NCBI GenBank assembly: GCA_039819085.1
Contig: JBCBSQ010000010.1
Location: 37,038 to 101,037, forward strand
Length of the DNA stretch: 64,000 nucleotides
Direction: 5' to 3'
Origin: Pseudomonadota bacterium
GTDB lineage: Bacteria > Pseudomonadota > Alphaproteobacteria > Caulobacterales > Parvularculaceae
Shown: piece by piece, positions 47,874 to 60,203 of the stretch
How positions within the stretch are numbered: position 1 is the stretch's first letter
Layout of the letters: each line of letters begins with the position of its first letter
Translations under genes and position numbers: made by a program
The notes under the pieces: generated by a model
The model's input: the letters and a program-made list of their open reading frames with translations, nothing else
Databases searched by the model: none
Told to the model about the DNA's origin: nothing

Positions 47874-49292
47874 ATGGACATGGTCGATCGGTTAAATGGG
47901 CAAAATAATTTGGATACAGAGCGGTTTGCGGTTTTTCGGGGGCTTTTGCGATCGCGATTCGGCGACGCGGTGTTCCGTTCCTGGATGTACGACCTTGCGA
48001 TTCAGGAGGCCTCGGGCGAGGAGGTGACCTTGACGACGGAATCGCCGGTCATTGCGGACAGGCTGAATCAGCAATACCGCCATGGCATGCTGAAGATCTG
48101 GAACGCCGGCGTGGCGCCGGTCAAGTCAATGTCGATCAAGACGCGCGCGCGCCTGAAACCCTCGTCGGAGCGCGCCATGCGAAAGGCGCAAGCCGGTGGC
48201 GCCGCCGCCGCGACGTTCTTCGATACGGGACGCGGGCCAAGAACCGAAGCGCGGGCGCAGATCGGATCCAGCATAGACCCTCTGGCGCGGCTTGAAGGGT
48301 TTGCGGTCGACGCGACGAACCGCACCGCCTATCTCGCGATCGAACGCGCGCTCAACGCGAATGGCCGCGGCGGCGTCATTTACCTCAGCGGTCCGTCCGG
48401 ATGCGGAAAAACCCACCTGATGTGCGGCCTTGCGCACGCCTGGCGGGAACGCCGCCCGGATGATCAAATCGCCTATTTCTCTTACGCCGACTTCAGGGAG
48501 GAGGTGGCGCCCGCGGCGCGCGCCAACAAGCTGCAGGCGGTGCACAAGAAGCTCTTCGCCTGCGAGGCGCTGATGATCGACGATCTCCACCTCTTGCACG
48601 GCTGCCGCCGCACCCAGGAGGAAATCCTGGTGCTGATGGATGTTTTTCGCACAGCCGGAAAGCAACTCATCATCTCCGGCGGGGTGGACACCGAAGAGCT
48701 AAAAGAGCGCGGCATTAGCGAGCGACTTGCGGACCGGCTCGCTGGCGGCTTGCCGGTGGTGATCGAGCCGGCGGGAGATGATCTGCGTATCGAAATTCTC
48801 GCCAGACACCGCGCTGCGTCCGACGCGCAGTGCATTCTTGGAGACGATATTCTTGAGTTTGTCGCGCGCCAGTTCAGGCGCAGCATTAGGGAGGCGATCG
48901 GAGCTATGAACCAGCTTTTGTTGGAATACGGACAAGAAGCGCGGCAGGTGAGTTTCGATGAGGCGCGCGCGTCATTGCGTCCTCGCCTGAAGACAGGCGT
49001 TGAAGCGGTGACGCTGGAGGACCTGCTGGCGGAGTCGGCGACGGCGTTCGGCCTAAGCCATGAGGAGATGGTCGGTCGATCACAGCCGCAGCGGATTGTG
49101 CGCGGACGGCACGCCTTCAATATGATCGGCCGCGATTCGCTGACGGAATCCTTCCCCCGCCTCGCCGCCGTTCTGCGCCGCGACCACACGACGATCATGT
49201 CGTCCTACGACCGCGCGCACGCGCTGCATGATCGCGACGCAGTCTTTCGGGAGAAAGTCGCGGCGATCAGAGAGGCTCTCGGCCTCTCCTGA
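47874..49292 (+). CDS. dnaA: chromosomal replication initiator DnaA
   Basis: Track ORF starts at TTG 47832 and ATG 47874 (MDMVDRL) is preferred. The AAA+ Walker A is GPSGCGKTHL. Other motifs are LMIDDLH and the domain IV segment RRDHTTIMSSYDR. Confidence 0.95.
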   Translation: MDMVDRLNGQNNLDTERFAVFRGLLRSRFGDAVFRSWMYDLAIQEASGEEVTLTTESPVIADRLNQQYRHGMLKIWNAGVAPVKSMSIKTRARLKPSSERAMRKAQAGGAAAATFFDTGRGPRTEARAQIGSSIDPLARLEGFAVDATNRTAYLAIERALNANGRGGVIYLSGPSGCGKTHLMCGLAHAWRERRPDDQIAYFSYADFREEVAPAARANKLQAVHKKLFACEALMIDDLHLLHGCRRTQEEILVLMDVFRTAGKQLIISGGVDTEELKERGISERLADRLAGGLPVVIEPAGDDLRIEILARHRAASDAQCILGDDILEFVARQFRRSIREAIGAMNQLLLEYGQEARQVSFDEARASLRPRLKTGVEAVTLEDLLAESATAFGLSHEEMVGRSQPQRIVRGRHAFNMIGRDSLTESFPRLAAVLRRDHTTIMSSYDRAHALHDRDAVFREKVAAIREALGLS

Positions 49293-49722
49293 CTTGGCGC
49301 CCGGATCAGCGCCCGCGCCGATGCACGGCGCGGGGCCCGCAAGACGGCCTCAATTCTCATCTTACCGCAGTGACGCGGCCGCATCGCCGGACTGGCGAAG
49401 CGGCCGTTTGGGTGCTAGTTTCGTGAACCGATCGCGTCGCCCATTTCGGGCGAGGTCGGCGTGCGCTCGCACCTAATTTTGCGCGCCCAGGTTCTTCTTG
49501 CGCCCGGGTCTTTAAAGCCGGCGGTCCATGGCTCGTTTTTGCGCCAACCCTCCGGCGTTTTTTGACCCTTCGCGCTGCGAGAGTGGCTCGCGCCCTCGAT
49601 GCGGGCCGGCGTCGCGATTGGCGGAAGACAGGCGCGCGGCGCCCGGTCGAACGCGGCGGCATCCGGCGCGTCCGGTCTCGGGTCGCGATTGATTTCGGGC
49701 GAGCGGGCGATGGCGGGCGAGC

Positions 49723-49798
49723 GGGCGACACATGAGGCGAAGGGCGACACATGAGGCGAAGGGCGACAGGTGAAGCAAAGGGCGACAAGTGAGGCGAC
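49723..49798. repeat. 4 x 19-bp tandem repeat upstream of dnaN
   Basis: gggcgacacatgaggcgaa occurs twice exactly (49723-49741 and 49742-49760). Two diverged copies follow: gggcgacaggtgaagcaaa and gggcgacaagtgaggcgac. Further GGGCGA units lie at 49698-49722. The array ends 43 nt before the dnaN ATG. Confidence 0.9.
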
Positions 49799-49841
49799 CA
49801 GGGAAACGGTCACAGTAGCGGCCGGGGAAGATCGAGAATAA

Positions 49842-50960
49842 ATGAAGGTCACGATTGAAAAGTCGGCGTTCGCGAAGGCGCTTGGCCATGTCCAAAGCGT
49901 TGTCGAGCGGCGCAACACCATCCCGATACTGGCCAATGTGCTGTTGCAGGCCGAAGGCGGCGGGTTGACCCTGATCGCGACGGACCTAGACATCGAGGCG
50001 GCGGAAACCGCGCCGGCTGAAGTCGACCGTCCAGGCGCGACGACCGCTTCCGCGCTGACCCTTTACGACATCGTCCGCAAGCTGCCGGACGGCGCGCAGG
50101 TGCGTCTTGAGCTTTCTGAGGAGCACGGACGGCTTTTGGTCGCTGCCGGCAGGTCGGAATTCTCCTTGGCGGTGCTGCCGGGCGACGATTTTCCGACCCT
50201 CGCGGCGGATGAGATGGCGACGCGCTTTAAGATGCCGACGGAGGACTTGCGGCGGATTCTGGCGAAGTCGAAATTCGCGATGTCCCAGGAGGAAACGCGC
50301 TACTATTTGAATGGCGTTTATCTGCACCCGGTCGAAGGCGGCGACGGCGGCGTCTACCGCGCCGCAGCGACGGACGGCCATCGCCTGGCGAGGATTGACG
50401 CGCCGCTGCCGGACGGCGCGGCCGCAGCGCCTGGCGTCATCGTCCCGCGCAAAGCGGTGCTGGAGCTTGGCCGGCTCCTTGAAGACGCTGAGGAGACCGT
50501 CGACGTCTCGGTCTCAGAGACGAAGATACGCTTTGAGTTCGCCGCCGGGAGGCTGACGTCAAAGCTCGTCGATGGGACGTTTCCGGACTATGAGCGGGTG
50601 ATCCCCAAGGACAATCCCAACCGTCTTCAGCTGGATGCGGGCGAGTTTTCAAAGGCGGTTGACAGGGTCGCCACCGTCTCGGCCGACCGAACCCGGTCCG
50701 TCAAGCTCGCCCTTGATCGCGATCGGCTCCGCCTGACGGTGAACAATCCGGAGGCTGGCAGCGCGCTTGAGGAGGTCTCGGTCGACTTCGATGGCGAACC
50801 GCTCGAAATTGGATTCAACGCCCGGTATCTTCTGGACGTCGCCGCGCAGATTGAAGGCGACGGCATGACCGTGCGGCTTGCCGACCCTTCCTCGCCGACG
50901 GTGATCATGGACGACGCGGATGTGCGCGCGCTTTACGTGCTCATGCCTTTGCGCGTTTGA
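49842..50960 (+). CDS. dnaN: DNA polymerase III beta sliding clamp
   Basis: 372 aa. The typical N-terminus is MKVTIEKSAFAKALGHVQSVVERRNTIPILANVLL. The three-domain length is typical, and the gene sits in the conserved position after dnaA. Confidence 0.96.
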   Translation: MKVTIEKSAFAKALGHVQSVVERRNTIPILANVLLQAEGGGLTLIATDLDIEAAETAPAEVDRPGATTASALTLYDIVRKLPDGAQVRLELSEEHGRLLVAAGRSEFSLAVLPGDDFPTLAADEMATRFKMPTEDLRRILAKSKFAMSQEETRYYLNGVYLHPVEGGDGGVYRAAATDGHRLARIDAPLPDGAAAAPGVIVPRKAVLELGRLLEDAEETVDVSVSETKIRFEFAAGRLTSKLVDGTFPDYERVIPKDNPNRLQLDAGEFSKAVDRVATVSADRTRSVKLALDRDRLRLTVNNPEAGSALEEVSVDFDGEPLEIGFNARYLLDVAAQIEGDGMTVRLADPSSPTVIMDDADVRALYVLMPLRV

Positions 50961-51119
50961 CGGGAAAGCGGTTCGGCGCGGATGACGCCGTCTTTGATGT
51001 GCGCGCTCTGGGAGGTGGCGCTCTGGCCGCGGGGCCCTGCTTGGGGACGGCCGGGCGATGCGTCTTCCGACGGCGCCCGAAGGCGCAAACGTCGCCGCGC
51101 GTGATTGATTGAAGGAGCG

Positions 51120-52364
51120 ATGGCTTCGATGGAGATGGCGGCGCGCGCGATAGACCTTGCGGCGGCGAATACGGACCGCCCCGCCCGGGGTGGCCGGTCC
51201 GCGCCGGCGCGCGCCTCGTTTCGGCGCCTTCAGCTCACGGATTTTCGCTCCTATGAGCGCCTTGACGTCGCGTTTGACGGGCGGCCCGCCTATTTCATCG
51301 GCGCGAATGGGGCGGGGAAGACAAATCTCCTTGAGGCGTTGTCGCTGTTCGGCCCCGGGCGGGGTCTGCGCGGCGCGCGGCTCGACGACCTCGCGCGTGA
51401 AGGCGGCGCGGGCCGCTGGGCGGCGGCGGCGGAATTCGACGCCGGCGATGGAGATTTGCAGGATACGGATGGGTTTCGCCGTCTTGGTGTCGGCTGCGAA
51501 CGCAAGGTCGACGGCGGCGCGTCGCGCATGTGTCGCCTTGACGGCGCGCCGGCGCGTGGCCCAATCGCGTTTGCCGATCTCTTGCGGTTCTCCTGGCTGA
51601 CGCCGGCGCAGGATGGGCTCTTTACGGCGGCGGCGGGGGATCGGCGAAAGTTCCTTGATCGGATCGCGCAGACCCGTGACGCAAGTCATGCGCGCGCGGC
51701 GAACGACTTCGAGGCGACGGCGCGCCAGCGGCAGACTTTGCTTGATGAGCGCAGGTTCGACGACGCCTGGCTGACGGCGCTTGAGACTTCAATGGCGGAG
51801 GCGGCGGTCGCGGTCGCGGCGGCCCGGCGGGAGGCGGCGGCCTCGCTCGCGGCCTATGACGCCTCTGGCTTCGCAGGGGGCGCGTTTCCGGCGGCTGAGA
51901 TCGCGCTTGAAGGCGATCTGGAAACGGCGCTTGACGGCGCCCCGGCCGCGGACGTTGAAGACCAGTACATCAGTGAGCTGAAGACCCGTCGACGGCTCGA
52001 CGCCGAGGCGGGCCGCGCGACAATGGGTCCGCATCGCTCGGACATGGTGGTCCGGCACCGCGAGAAAGGAACGCTGGCGCGGCTTTGCTCGACCGGTGAG
52101 CAGAAAGCGCTCCTGATCGGCCTTGTCCTCGCCAACGCGTGCGCGCTTGCGCGCGCCTCCGGCGCGGCGCCGCTGATCCTTTTGTTTGATGAAATCGCAG
52201 CGCATCTGGATCCGGACCGCCGCGCGGCCTTGTTCAATGTTCTCGGCGGCGTCGGGTTTCAATGCTTTATGACCGGTACGGATGATCATCTGTTTGAGGC
52301 GTGGGGCGAACGGGCGCAAGGATTTCGCGTGGCGGCCGGGACGGTTTCGGAGATCCGCGGTTAG
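51120..52364 (+). CDS. recF: DNA replication/repair protein RecF
   Basis: Track ORF starts at TTG 51105. ATG 51120 follows GAAGGAG. Walker A is GANGAGKTNLLEA. The signature-like motif is STGEQKALL and Walker B is LLFDEIAAHLD. Confidence 0.92.
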   Translation: MASMEMAARAIDLAAANTDRPARGGRSAPARASFRRLQLTDFRSYERLDVAFDGRPAYFIGANGAGKTNLLEALSLFGPGRGLRGARLDDLAREGGAGRWAAAAEFDAGDGDLQDTDGFRRLGVGCERKVDGGASRMCRLDGAPARGPIAFADLLRFSWLTPAQDGLFTAAAGDRRKFLDRIAQTRDASHARAANDFEATARQRQTLLDERRFDDAWLTALETSMAEAAVAVAAARREAAASLAAYDASGFAGGAFPAAEIALEGDLETALDGAPAADVEDQYISELKTRRRLDAEAGRATMGPHRSDMVVRHREKGTLARLCSTGEQKALLIGLVLANACALARASGAAPLILLFDEIAAHLDPDRRAALFNVLGGVGFQCFMTGTDDHLFEAWGERAQGFRVAAGTVSEIRG

Positions 52365-52371
52365 GAGTTGA

Positions 52372-54885
<2,514 letters not shown>

Positions 54886-54971
54886 GGCGCGCATTTGCGC
54901 GCAAATTCACTTGACGAGTTGCGCGAACCAGCGCCCGTCTTGCTGCAGTGCAGTAGGATGGGAGCGGAGCG

Positions 54972-55847
54972 ATGCAGGACGGTGCAGGCGGCGCGGGGGT
55001 CGCGCAATTGGCGGGGACGGCGGAAAACCTTATGGAGCCGGAAACGGTCGCCGGCCTCATCGAAATGGGCGTCGATTGGGGGCTGACGGCGCTCGGCGCG
55101 CTTGTCGTTTTGATCATCGGTCTTTTGGTCGCAGGCCGACTCAAGAAGGTCACGATAAACGCCGTCAATCGGGCGCCGAACCTTGATGAGACATTGGCGC
55201 GGTTCTTCGGGTCAATCGTCTATTACCTTATCATCGCGTTTGTCGTCATCGCTGTTCTTTCGATGTTCGGCATCCAGACGACGGGACTTGCCGCGCTCAT
55301 CGGCGCCGCCGGCCTCGCCATTGGCCTCGCCTTGCAGGGAACGCTCGGGCATGTGGCGTCGGGCGTCATGTTGCTTGCGTTCCGGCCTTTTCGCATTGGC
55401 GATTACGTCGAGGTCGCAGGCCACGCCGGGACGGTGAAGGAGATTGGGCTTTTCACGACTGAGCTTGCGACGCCCGACAATGTCAAGATCATTGTGCCGA
55501 ATGGCGACGTCTATGGCGGCGCGATCATGAACTATTCCGCCCACGACACGCGCCGCGTCGACTTCGTCATGGGGATTTCCTATGAGGACGACATCAACAA
55601 GGCGATGGCGAGTTTGCATACGGTCATAGACGCCGACGCGCGCGTTCTTGCGGAGCCCGCCCGTCAGGTGGTGGTGGGCAATCTCGGAGACAGCTCCGTC
55701 GACATTATTGTGCGCGTGTGGTGCGCTTCGGGCGACTACTGGGGCCTGAAGTTCGATCTCACGAAAGCGTTCAAGGAACGGTTCGACGCGGACGGCGTTT
55801 CCATTCCGTATCCGACCCAAACGCTTTACCAGCACGCAGCCGCGTAG
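54972..55847 (+). CDS. small-conductance mechanosensitive channel (MscS family)
   Basis: 291 aa with three N-terminal helices, then the MscS beta-domain pattern FRPFRIGDYVEVAGHAGTVKEIGLFTTELATPDNVKIIVPNG. Confidence 0.85.
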   Translation: MQDGAGGAGVAQLAGTAENLMEPETVAGLIEMGVDWGLTALGALVVLIIGLLVAGRLKKVTINAVNRAPNLDETLARFFGSIVYYLIIAFVVIAVLSMFGIQTTGLAALIGAAGLAIGLALQGTLGHVASGVMLLAFRPFRIGDYVEVAGHAGTVKEIGLFTTELATPDNVKIIVPNGDVYGGAIMNYSAHDTRRVDFVMGISYEDDINKAMASLHTVIDADARVLAEPARQVVVGNLGDSSVDIIVRVWCASGDYWGLKFDLTKAFKERFDADGVSIPYPTQTLYQHAAA

Positions 55848-55853
55848 GGGCGC

Positions 55854-57194
55854 CTAGTCGATGGGCGCGAGGTCGTGGACGCCGCGCGGAAGCATGATCT
55901 TCCGGTCCATGGCCTCGATCCTGCGCGCGTCGCCCGCGCCGACGATGCGGAAAAACTCAATCCAGCCGCCGCTCTTTGGCGCGTCATGATCCTGAAAGAC
56001 GGCGACGGCGAGCCGATCCCCGTCGGCGTCGAAGACAGCGTCTTCCGGCAGGACGCCGCGAAACTTGAGCGGTTCGCCAAGCGTGCGCAGCGCGCCGGTG
56101 GCGTCGTCGACCGCGACAAGCGACAGGGAAGAGGCGCTCCGCCCTCTGAAGATCGACAGGAGACCGCCCGGTAGATAAGTCCGCTCCATATTGACGGCGA
56201 CGAGAAGGTCGCCTTTGCGGTTGAGCTCAATCGCCTCGGGGCTCTTTGAGACTTTGGCGGCGGCGACGATCCCGCGCGCCGGATCATCCGGCGCCAGGGC
56301 GAAGGAGAGGATTTCGCCGCGGCCATTGAAGACGGCGTCGGTCGGGCGCGGCCCCCAGGCGACGTCGGTGACGATGAGGTGTCGGCCGGTCCTCGTCCAG
56401 CGCGCGACGGAGAGCCAACGCGCCGTCTCGGTCGGGTCTTCGGCCTTTGCGGCGACTGGCGCGCCGGCTGCGTCAACGTCAAAGCGCACGAGGCCCACCG
56501 CGCGGTTGTTGAAGACGAGCGCCGCGGCGCGGCCGCCGGGATGAATGACGCCATAGGTCGCGCCGGCGTCGATCGCTCGGTCGGCGTAGGTCGGAACGTC
56601 GAGGTCGAATACGCGCGGCGCGCCGCTCGGCAGACCATCGATTAAAGGAATGACCGCCGCTTCGCCGTCCGCGCGCCCGCACGCGACGAGAAGCCAGCCA
56701 CCTGACGGCGCGACGTCCACGGACATCGCCTTGTCACAGGCTTTCGTCACCGAAACAACACTTCCCGTCTCGACATTTACGGTCGTGAGGTCGCCGGCGA
56801 TGGGGACGTCTTCAAAGACGCTGTCGACTTTCTCGATTGACCGGTCGACCTGCGCTCGGCTCGTTACGACATAGGCGTAGCGCCCGTCGGCTGAGACCGC
56901 GAGCGAGCCCGGCCAACCCATCACCGTGTTCGACGCGGGCGCGCGTTGAGGCGCCTCGGTCGCGGCGGGGTTGAGGAGGAATATCTGGTCGGCGCTTCCC
57001 TCGATTGGGTGAAGCTCGCCATTGGCGTATGCGGTCGCCGCCATGTCGGCGTCAGCGATCGCCAGGAGCCGCGATCCCGTCCAGCCGTCGACCGGTTGCG
57101 CTTGCGCAGGCGCGGAGGTGATGTTCATGGGGCCCATGGCGCAGGCGACGACCGTGAGCATCCCAGCGATCGGCGTATGGCGTTGAAAGGTCAT
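55854..57194 (-). CDS. hypothetical secreted beta-propeller-like protein
   Basis: 446 aa with SD GAGGAG. The signal peptide is IAGMLTVVACAMGPMNITSAPAQA. Repeated beta-strand/turn units occur (e.g. SLAVSADGRYAYVV, DADGDRLAVAVF). No precise family assigned. Confidence 0.55.
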   Translation of the reverse strand: MTFQRHTPIAGMLTVVACAMGPMNITSAPAQAQPVDGWTGSRLLAIADADMAATAYANGELHPIEGSADQIFLLNPAATEAPQRAPASNTVMGWPGSLAVSADGRYAYVVTSRAQVDRSIEKVDSVFEDVPIAGDLTTVNVETGSVVSVTKACDKAMSVDVAPSGGWLLVACGRADGEAAVIPLIDGLPSGAPRVFDLDVPTYADRAIDAGATYGVIHPGGRAAALVFNNRAVGLVRFDVDAAGAPVAAKAEDPTETARWLSVARWTRTGRHLIVTDVAWGPRPTDAVFNGRGEILSFALAPDDPARGIVAAAKVSKSPEAIELNRKGDLLVAVNMERTYLPGGLLSIFRGRSASSLSLVAVDDATGALRTLGEPLKFRGVLPEDAVFDADGDRLAVAVFQDHDAPKSGGWIEFFRIVGAGDARRIEAMDRKIMLPRGVHDLAPID

Positions 57195-57237
57195 CGTCGG
57201 CGCGCTCCTCGTTCCGCTTTTGGCTTGGAGGGCAGTT

Positions 57238-57256
57238 TAATACGAATGTCGTATTA
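57238..57256. promoter_or_regulatory. 8-3-8 perfect palindrome, candidate MarR operator
   Basis: taatacga-atg-tcgtatta. It lies in the 120-nt gap between the marR-type gene (stop 57315) and the downstream propeller gene (start 57194). Confidence 0.4.
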
Positions 57257-57314
57257 TTCAATCATCGTACTTTAGGCCGAGCGCATTCCTTGTTTTGGTG
57301 ATTCATTGGCGACG

Positions 57315-57776
57315 TCAGGCGTCTCGCGCCGCGTCGTCCGCCTCCGCTGACAGACGCTCCGCGATCTGAGTCATGTAGCGCACGAACGCTGCGCGATTGC
57401 GTTCGGGCAACGCCGCCAGCATGCGCCGCATATTGTCGCGTTCTTCTTCGATGATTTGCGCATAAGCCTCAGCGCCGTCAGCGGTCAGCTTCAATTCAAT
57501 CGCGCGGCGGTCGCTGTCGGCGCGCGAGCGCTCCACAAGTCCAATACGCACGAGACGGTCGACGACGCTCGTCGCGGTGGTGGGCGCGGCGCCAAGATAG
57601 GCGGCGAGGGCTTTCGCCGGCGCGCCCGGATTATCGGCGATAAAGCGCAAAGTCGCGATGTCGGTGGGGTGTTCGCGAAACCGGCTGTGCATGTTCGGGA
57701 TCGCCGGCTCCATAACTTTCAGGATACGCAGCAATTCCGTGGTGGCGAGGCGGAGGCCTTCAACGTCGTCTTCCAT
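57315..57776 (-). CDS. MarR-family transcriptional regulator
   Basis: 153 aa with a winged-helix pattern (DIATLRFIADNPGAPAKALAAYLGAAPTTATSVVDRLVRIGLVERSRADSDRRAIEL). Confidence 0.88.
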   Translation of the reverse strand: MEDDVEGLRLATTELLRILKVMEPAIPNMHSRFREHPTDIATLRFIADNPGAPAKALAAYLGAAPTTATSVVDRLVRIGLVERSRADSDRRAIELKLTADGAEAYAQIIEEERDNMRRMLAALPERNRAAFVRYMTQIAERLSAEADDAARDA

Positions 57777-57817
57777 CGCGGCAATTTAGGGTGTGAACGC
57801 CGAGCGGTTCAAATCAT

Positions 57818-58780
57818 TTACGATGGAGCGGCGAAGACGCCCGCAATCAGCGAGCCGATCTCCGCGTGCGCCGCTTCGATGTCTTCGCGCGGCCTTTCGC
57901 CGGCGTCGATGTAGGCGGCGAAGAAGACGGGTCCCGCGCCCGGCGGCGTTGCGAACCCGACATCATTGACGGCGCCGTTAAAGCTCGTGCCGGTTTTGTC
58001 AGCGACGGTCCAGTCTGCGGGCAGGCCCTTGCGCACCCGCGTTTGGCCGGTCGGGCTGTCGGTCATCCAGGCCCGGACGAGTTCCGCTTCGGGCGTCCTG
58101 TTGGACGGCGCCTCGAAGAGGAGGCGCAAGATGAGGCCGGTCATGGCGACGGGCGTCGTCGTGTCGCGCGGATCGCCGGGCAGGTTTTCGTTCAGCTCAA
58201 GCTCCCAGCGGTCGAGGCGGGTGACGTCGTCGCCGACGGCGCGCAGGGCTTCGGTAAACCCCGCAGGACCGCCGATGCGCGCCAGCAGAAGGTTCGCCGC
58301 TGGATTATCGCTGACGCGGGCCGCGGCGCGGGCGACGTCTTCGAGCGTCAGTGATCGCCCCTGTTCAAGCGCCGGCTTTGTCACCGGCGCATACGACACA
58401 AGGTCCTCAACGCCATAGGGGATCGTCTCGCCCCAGTCGCCGCCGGCCTCCCGTTGCGCGCGCAAGGCGAAGAGCGCGGCGAGCCATTTGAAGGTGGAGC
58501 ACATGGCGAAGCGCTCGTCGATGCGTCGCCCGAATGCCCGCGCGTCGCCCGGTTTCATGACATGTACGCCGACGCGCCCATCCAATTGCGCTTCTATTCG
58601 GGCGAGCGCGTGTTCCGCGTCCGCCGGCGACATCTGGGACGACGCCTCGCCGCCAGGGTTGCATCCGGCGAGGCCGATCGTTGCGGCGCCTCCGGCGAGC
58701 GCGCGGCGGCGGGTGATGAGGTCATCCAAGGCCCGGTTCCTCTCAATTGGCCGCGACTTCGCTGCGGGCGACCGTTTCAT
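57818..58780 (-). CDS. class A beta-lactamase (Tat/lipoprotein-like leader)
   Basis: All four class A motifs are present in order: STFK (CSTFKWLAA), SDN (RVSDNPAAN), ExxLN (WELELNE) and KTG (DKTGTS). The leader is RRRALAGGAATIGLAGC. The start overlaps the upstream stop (ATGA). Confidence 0.85.
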   Translation of the reverse strand: MKRSPAAKSRPIERNRALDDLITRRRALAGGAATIGLAGCNPGGEASSQMSPADAEHALARIEAQLDGRVGVHVMKPGDARAFGRRIDERFAMCSTFKWLAALFALRAQREAGGDWGETIPYGVEDLVSYAPVTKPALEQGRSLTLEDVARAAARVSDNPAANLLLARIGGPAGFTEALRAVGDDVTRLDRWELELNENLPGDPRDTTTPVAMTGLILRLLFEAPSNRTPEAELVRAWMTDSPTGQTRVRKGLPADWTVADKTGTSFNGAVNDVGFATPPGAGPVFFAAYIDAGERPREDIEAAHAEIGSLIAGVFAAPS

Positions 58781-59727
58781 CCGGCGTAGGCGGCAAGAAC
58801 CCCTGCGACCGTCAAGACGGAGGCCGCTGTCGTAACGGCGATGGCTGCGGCGGCTTCGCGGGCGTATACGCCATACTGGCTCGCCATGACAAATGATCCG
58901 ACGCCGGAGGGAACGAGCGCGAACAGCATAGCCGGCCCGGCGATCGCCTGATCGTCGACGAGGCCCGTCAGCTTTAGCCCGACAAACATGACGGCCGGCA
59001 GCGCGATCATCTTCACCACGAAAACCGCCGCCACCTTGCCGCCGACATCACGCAGGGGCGGCAAGGGCGTCGTCGCCAGGAAAAGGCCCATGGAGACGAG
59101 CGCCGTCGGGCCTGCGGCGCGGCCAAGAATGGATAGGAACGTCTCAATCGGCTGAGGGATCGCGTTCGGCGCGCCAGCGGCGGCGAGCGACGCGCGGGCG
59201 AGGGAGACTGCGACGCCTGCGAGCATCGCGACGACGAGCGGATTGCGGAGCGGCGCCAGGAAATAATCCGTCAGCCGCTTATTTGGGTTTGCGTCCATCA
59301 GCGCCGCCCCGACGGCGATGACGAAGACCCCTTCCACCAGCATCAGGCTGACGAAGGCCGGCGCCCAACCTTCGATGGAAAGCGCGATCGGCAGGCCAAG
59401 GAACACCGCGTTGCCGAGCGTTGAGGCGAAGGCGTGCGCGCCGGCCACAGCGGGCGACAGGCTGAAGACGAAGCGTCCAGTGGCGTAGCCGACGGCGAGG
59501 GCGGCCGCGGCGGCGAGCGCATAGACGCCGGCCAGCGTCGCCGTCTCTTCGCCGAGCGGCGCGGCGCCGGCGACGAGGCCGAAGAGCGCGGCCGGCATGG
59601 TGAGGCGAAAGACGAAGCGGTTGAGGGCCGCAACGTCATCGGCGGAAAGAATGCGCCGCCGTCCGGCGAGGAACCCGGCGGTGATCACGGCGAAGACGGG
59701 CAGGGCGACGGCGAGGACGGCGGACAT
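58777..59727 (-). CDS. auxin-efflux-carrier (AEC) family transporter
   Basis: Track ORF is 58777..59949. ATG 59727 gives MSAVLAVALPVFAVITAGFLAGRR, a typical AEC N-terminus. About 10 hydrophobic helices are present. Confidence 0.8.
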   Translation of the reverse strand: MSAVLAVALPVFAVITAGFLAGRRRILSADDVAALNRFVFRLTMPAALFGLVAGAAPLGEETATLAGVYALAAAAALAVGYATGRFVFSLSPAVAGAHAFASTLGNAVFLGLPIALSIEGWAPAFVSLMLVEGVFVIAVGAALMDANPNKRLTDYFLAPLRNPLVVAMLAGVAVSLARASLAAAGAPNAIPQPIETFLSILGRAAGPTALVSMGLFLATTPLPPLRDVGGKVAAVFVVKMIALPAVMFVGLKLTGLVDDQAIAGPAMLFALVPSGVGSFVMASQYGVYAREAAAAIAVTTAASVLTVAGVLAAYAG

Positions 59728-60203
59728 AAGGGAGGCTGCGCTAACTCTTGTTCGTGCAATCGGCGAGAGGCTCTTGTCAGGCGAGGCGCCCTTGTTCGGC
59801 GAGATGCGCCGGGCAACCGATACGGCCCTGCGACAGACGCTAATTGTAAGGGCCGAAGACTGCGGCGGGCCGCCGCCCGGCCTCGCCGATAACGCCAGGA
59901 GATGCAAGCGACGCAAGCCGCTTTTTCGCGCATCCGTCTGATGGCTCAATGCTCATTTCGGAGGAGAAAGCGCCGGACAGGACGGCTTCGCCGACCAGAC
60001 GCCCGGGGGCTGGGGGCGATGGGTAACCGGTTGGCTGGCTGACGTGGCCGCCCTGTTCGGACATGGTCGAGCGTTACGGGCAATTCTGGCCGGGTGATGG
60101 CCGAAAGAGGCGATTTTGTGGTCGCCGTTTCGCCTGACGCAAATGTGAGGCAGGATTGGCTAAGGGCTTGCCAAGCCGGCGCATGCGGGGGCACGCTTTG
60201 AAG

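Noticed and set aside
49293-49841. oriC in the dnaA-dnaN spacer (or in 47091-47873)
   Set aside because: I could not find a cluster of DnaA-box-like 9-mers. The dnaA-dnaN spacer is GC-rich with no AT-rich unwinding element. Many alphaproteobacterial origins lie elsewhere (the hemE region). A decision needs a PWM scan and GC skew on the whole genome.
50649-51689. 346-aa ORF on the minus strand
   Set aside because: It spans the dnaN end and recF start in antisense. It is extremely Arg/Pro-rich and is a shadow ORF.
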